Origin: a virus
Taxonomy: Duplodnaviria > Caudoviricetes
Reading direction: 5' to 3' (one strand)
Length of the DNA: 27,730 nucleotides
Virus record (IMG/VR): IMGVR_UViG_3300036546_000088
Coordinates: 1 to 27,730 of that record
The notes beneath the pieces were generated by a model, which searched no databases, was not told where the DNA came from, and saw nothing but the letters and a program-made list of their open reading frames with translations. This document shows, one piece after another, positions 24,898 through 27,730 of this stretch. A program made the translations under genes and the position numbers. The number at the start of each line of letters is the position of its first letter. The first letter of the stretch is position 1.

Positions 24898-25485
24898 ATG
24901 ACCACAGATATTAAAATTTGTTCAGATGCTTCTGTTCTTATTGGTGCAGCACCTATCCAAAGTTTTGATGAAGGCACAGCAGAAAGTATTACAGCGTCTG
25001 CTATCTATGAAGATACTTATGAAAACCTTCTACGTTACAGACCTTGGACATTTGCTCGTGAATATTTCTATCCTAATAAAATAAATAAAACACCTAATAC
25101 TGGTTATAAATATGCTTATCTGATTCCTAATACAGTAGTATCTATTATGGATATTGCAGAAGGTAAAGGTGGGCGCCAAGACCAATTTAAACTGGTTGGT
25201 AAAAATGAACTACATACTGATGTAGTGAATCCTCGTGTTTATGCACTAATTAAACCTAAAGAGGGTGACTTACCAGCAGATTTTGTATTAGCTTTAAAGT
25301 ATGCTATTGCTTCTGAAATGTCTGTTCCTATTACAGATAACACAACTAAAGCACAATTCTACGAACAAAAACTTGCAATGCAAATTAAACGTGCAGCGGA
25401 TAATGACCTTGCACAAGAACCAGCGGAAGATATTGGTTTCAATAGTGAACTATATTATAGTCATTATAACTCTTTCACTGGGTAA
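24898..25485 (+). CDS. Tail tubular protein A / adaptor (T7 gp11-type)
   Basis: 195 aa; IC..A...IG..PI.SF, PWTFA, Y.YAY.IP motifs; follows the capsid gene. Confidence 0.85.
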   Translation: MTTDIKICSDASVLIGAAPIQSFDEGTAESITASAIYEDTYENLLRYRPWTFAREYFYPNKINKTPNTGYKYAYLIPNTVVSIMDIAEGKGGRQDQFKLVGKNELHTDVVNPRVYALIKPKEGDLPADFVLALKYAIASEMSVPITDNTTKAQFYEQKLAMQIKRAADNDLAQEPAEDIGFNSELYYSHYNSFTG

Positions 25486-25505
25486 TATATATATTAGGAG
25501 TTACA

Positions 25506-27680
25506 ATGGCAACTACAAAAACAATTACAACCGCCTTTAATGCAGGTGAACTATCACCTAAGATTTATGGGCGTGTTGATTTAGAACAGTATTACAATGG
25601 TTGTAAGAGTATGCAGAATGCCATTGTTTACCCACAAGGTGGTGTTACTAAACGTTATGGTTTAGAACAACTACAAAACATTACATTTAATGATTTATAC
25701 CCAGAATCTTATGAAGATGTAAGAATTGAATCTTTCACCTTTAGTAGCTTAGAAAAATATATTGTTATATTCAAAGGTAATGGAACCATCCTTGTATATG
25801 AGGTTAGTGTAGAACCACCAAAGCTTGTTGCTCAGATTAATGGTTCTCCTTATGTTGATGGTTTTCTTGATAGCATGTCTGTAGTTCAATCACAAGATAC
25901 TATGCTGATTACTCATTATGATGTATATCCTAAACAACTGATTCGTTATAGACGTAGTGACGCAACAGAGTGGCGATTAGAGAATATGCCACTAGCTAAT
26001 ATTCCTACTTATGATTTTGTTACTGACCCAACAAACGTATGGGATGAGGTAACCTTTACCTATAACAACTTTAGTAATAATGATTCTTATAAGATTACTA
26101 TTGATGGTGTGGTTAATGATTGCACATTCTTTATTACTTATAGTGGTTACCAGAACCGTAATGAAGATGTATCAGGAACTGTAGCTAACCTTCAATCAGT
26201 CTTTGGTGCAGGATTCACTGTAACAGCTAATTACCAAACAAATAATACCTTTGTAGGAACTACAGAATATACTTGGCAAACATTAACAAACATTACAATA
26301 GAAGCTAACACAACTGGTGGTGGTAAAGCTCTTGGTGTTTACTCAGTCCCAACAGATACCAGTTTGTTTATTGTTCCTGTATATGACACTGCATCTACTA
26401 CAACAGAACCTGTATGGAGTGATGTAAGAGGTTATCCAGCTACTTGTTGTATATTCCAAGGTCGTCTATGGTTTGGTGGTTCACGCTCACGTCCACAAAC
26501 AATTTGGGGTAGTCGGTCAGGAAGTTACTTTGATTTTGGTGTTGCTGACCCAAATAATCTATTAGCAAATGATGCTTTAGACTTAACCCTTAGTGATACT
26601 GCATCAAACATTATTGTTAATATTACATCACAAAAAGATTTATTGGTATTCACAAGTGGTGGTGTATTTCGTATAGGTGGGGATGATAATCTTATTACAC
26701 CTTCTACAGTATATGGTTTAAAAGAAAATGAGTTTGGTAGTAAATTTGCACCAAGTGTTCAACTTGATAACTCTATATTCTACTTACAGAATGCTGGTGC
26801 TCAGCTTAATAGTTTGAACTATGACTTTAGTCGTGACACTTATATCACAAACCCACAAGCATTATTATCTGACCACTTATTGAATAACCCTATTGACTTA
26901 GCAAGAATTACTGCTGGTGATGATTACAACTCAAACTTTATGTTTGTATTGAATTCAGATGGAACTTGTGCATTGTTTAATAGACTTGAATCTCAAGCAA
27001 CATCAACATGGACACCTTTCACAACAGATGGTGTGATTAAAAGTATCTGTGGTGTTTATTCTGAGATGTATTGTTTGATTGAAAGGGAAAGTGCTACAAC
27101 AGGTGAAAAAGAAATTTATCTGGAACGTTACTTAGAGAATAATATCTTTATTGATAACTACAAACACATAGTTAATGAAACACCGAGTGATTTAATTCCA
27201 CTCCAAGATAGGTTCATGAATGCTTGGGGAGGTAAACAAATTGTAGCTTTAATGGATAACTATCCTGTTGTCTTCGATTACAACATCGTTGGTAACATCT
27301 CTGATGGGTATAATTTACAATTACCTTTTGCTGCTTCTGATATTTATATTGGATTGCCTTTAGATATGGTTATTGAAACTATGCCTTATGCACCTAACCT
27401 ACAATCAGGTAACGCAAGATTCAATAAGAAACGGGTGTTTACTGTTACATGTGATATGTATAATAGTTTAGGTTTCTATATTGAATATGCTGGTAGGACT
27501 TACCATGTGGCTGATAGAGATATGGGTTTTATCTTAAATAAACCACCTCAATCAGTAAGTAAGATACAAGAAGTCAATCTACTAGGTTATAACACAGAAG
27601 GTAATATCAAGATAACATCATCAGAACCAGTCCCAGTAACATTAAGAAGTCTACAGTTAGAGATAAAGACAACAGGATAA
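25506..27680 (+). CDS. Tail tubular protein B / nozzle (T7 gp12-type)
   Basis: 724 aa; FNAGELSP...GRVD..Y and GYP.....FQGRLWFGG....PQTIWGSR motifs. Confidence 0.9.
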   Translation: MATTKTITTAFNAGELSPKIYGRVDLEQYYNGCKSMQNAIVYPQGGVTKRYGLEQLQNITFNDLYPESYEDVRIESFTFSSLEKYIVIFKGNGTILVYEVSVEPPKLVAQINGSPYVDGFLDSMSVVQSQDTMLITHYDVYPKQLIRYRRSDATEWRLENMPLANIPTYDFVTDPTNVWDEVTFTYNNFSNNDSYKITIDGVVNDCTFFITYSGYQNRNEDVSGTVANLQSVFGAGFTVTANYQTNNTFVGTTEYTWQTLTNITIEANTTGGGKALGVYSVPTDTSLFIVPVYDTASTTTEPVWSDVRGYPATCCIFQGRLWFGGSRSRPQTIWGSRSGSYFDFGVADPNNLLANDALDLTLSDTASNIIVNITSQKDLLVFTSGGVFRIGGDDNLITPSTVYGLKENEFGSKFAPSVQLDNSIFYLQNAGAQLNSLNYDFSRDTYITNPQALLSDHLLNNPIDLARITAGDDYNSNFMFVLNSDGTCALFNRLESQATSTWTPFTTDGVIKSICGVYSEMYCLIERESATTGEKEIYLERYLENNIFIDNYKHIVNETPSDLIPLQDRFMNAWGGKQIVALMDNYPVVFDYNIVGNISDGYNLQLPFAASDIYIGLPLDMVIETMPYAPNLQSGNARFNKKRVFTVTCDMYNSLGFYIEYAGRTYHVADRDMGFILNKPPQSVSKIQEVNLLGYNTEGNIKITSSEPVPVTLRSLQLEIKTTG

Positions 27681-27730
27681 AACAAGAGAACATATTATAT
27701 AGAATATAATAGTGTCTATCCCTTGATACA
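27604..27730. repeat. 127-bp terminal overlap, identical to 1-127
   Basis: Exact match to the window start, implying a 27,603-bp circular or circularly permuted genome. Confidence 0.95.

Noticed and set aside
8137-25540. Other nested or antisense track ORFs (8137, 10377, 14627, 14686, 16761, 16947, 17844, 21215, 21357, 21675, 22742, 23031, 23152, 23479, 23812, 24036, 24741, 25301)
   Set aside because: They overlap well-supported genes and have no motif support.

Overview
This is almost certainly a complete, circularly assembled small podovirus genome of 27,603 bp: bases 1-127 are identical to 27604-27730. It is AT-rich and has two arms. The rightward arm (~16235-27680, continuing 288-10132) carries small and large terminase, a holin-like gene, a permuted papain-like hydrolase, portal, scaffold, major capsid, tail tubular A/B, three internal virion proteins, a T7 gp17-type tail fibre with its chaperone, and small membrane proteins. 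The leftward arm (10361-16049) is a string of small ORFs driven by near-perfect sigma70 promoters. It includes a PD-(D/E)XK nuclease, a degenerate HNH protein and an Arc-like RHH regulator. It also holds the only recognisable replication/transcription enzyme, a 523-aa stand-alone family-A/T7-RNAP-superfamily polymerase (TV-Pol-like, with an HDS motif) that ends in an SSB-like acidic ...PF tail. I found no canonical DNA polymerase, primase, helicase, SSB, integrase or classical endolysin. Three non-coding signals stand out: (1) a fixed-length 82-bp tripartite element in five dispersed intergenic copies, one directly upstream of the polymerase; (2) a ~160-nt highly structured RNA with three GNRA tetraloops and its own consensus promoter and terminator; (3) a class of rightward promoters with ACCCTC in place of the -35 hexamer. 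All protein calls come from motif recognition and gene order; no database searches were run.
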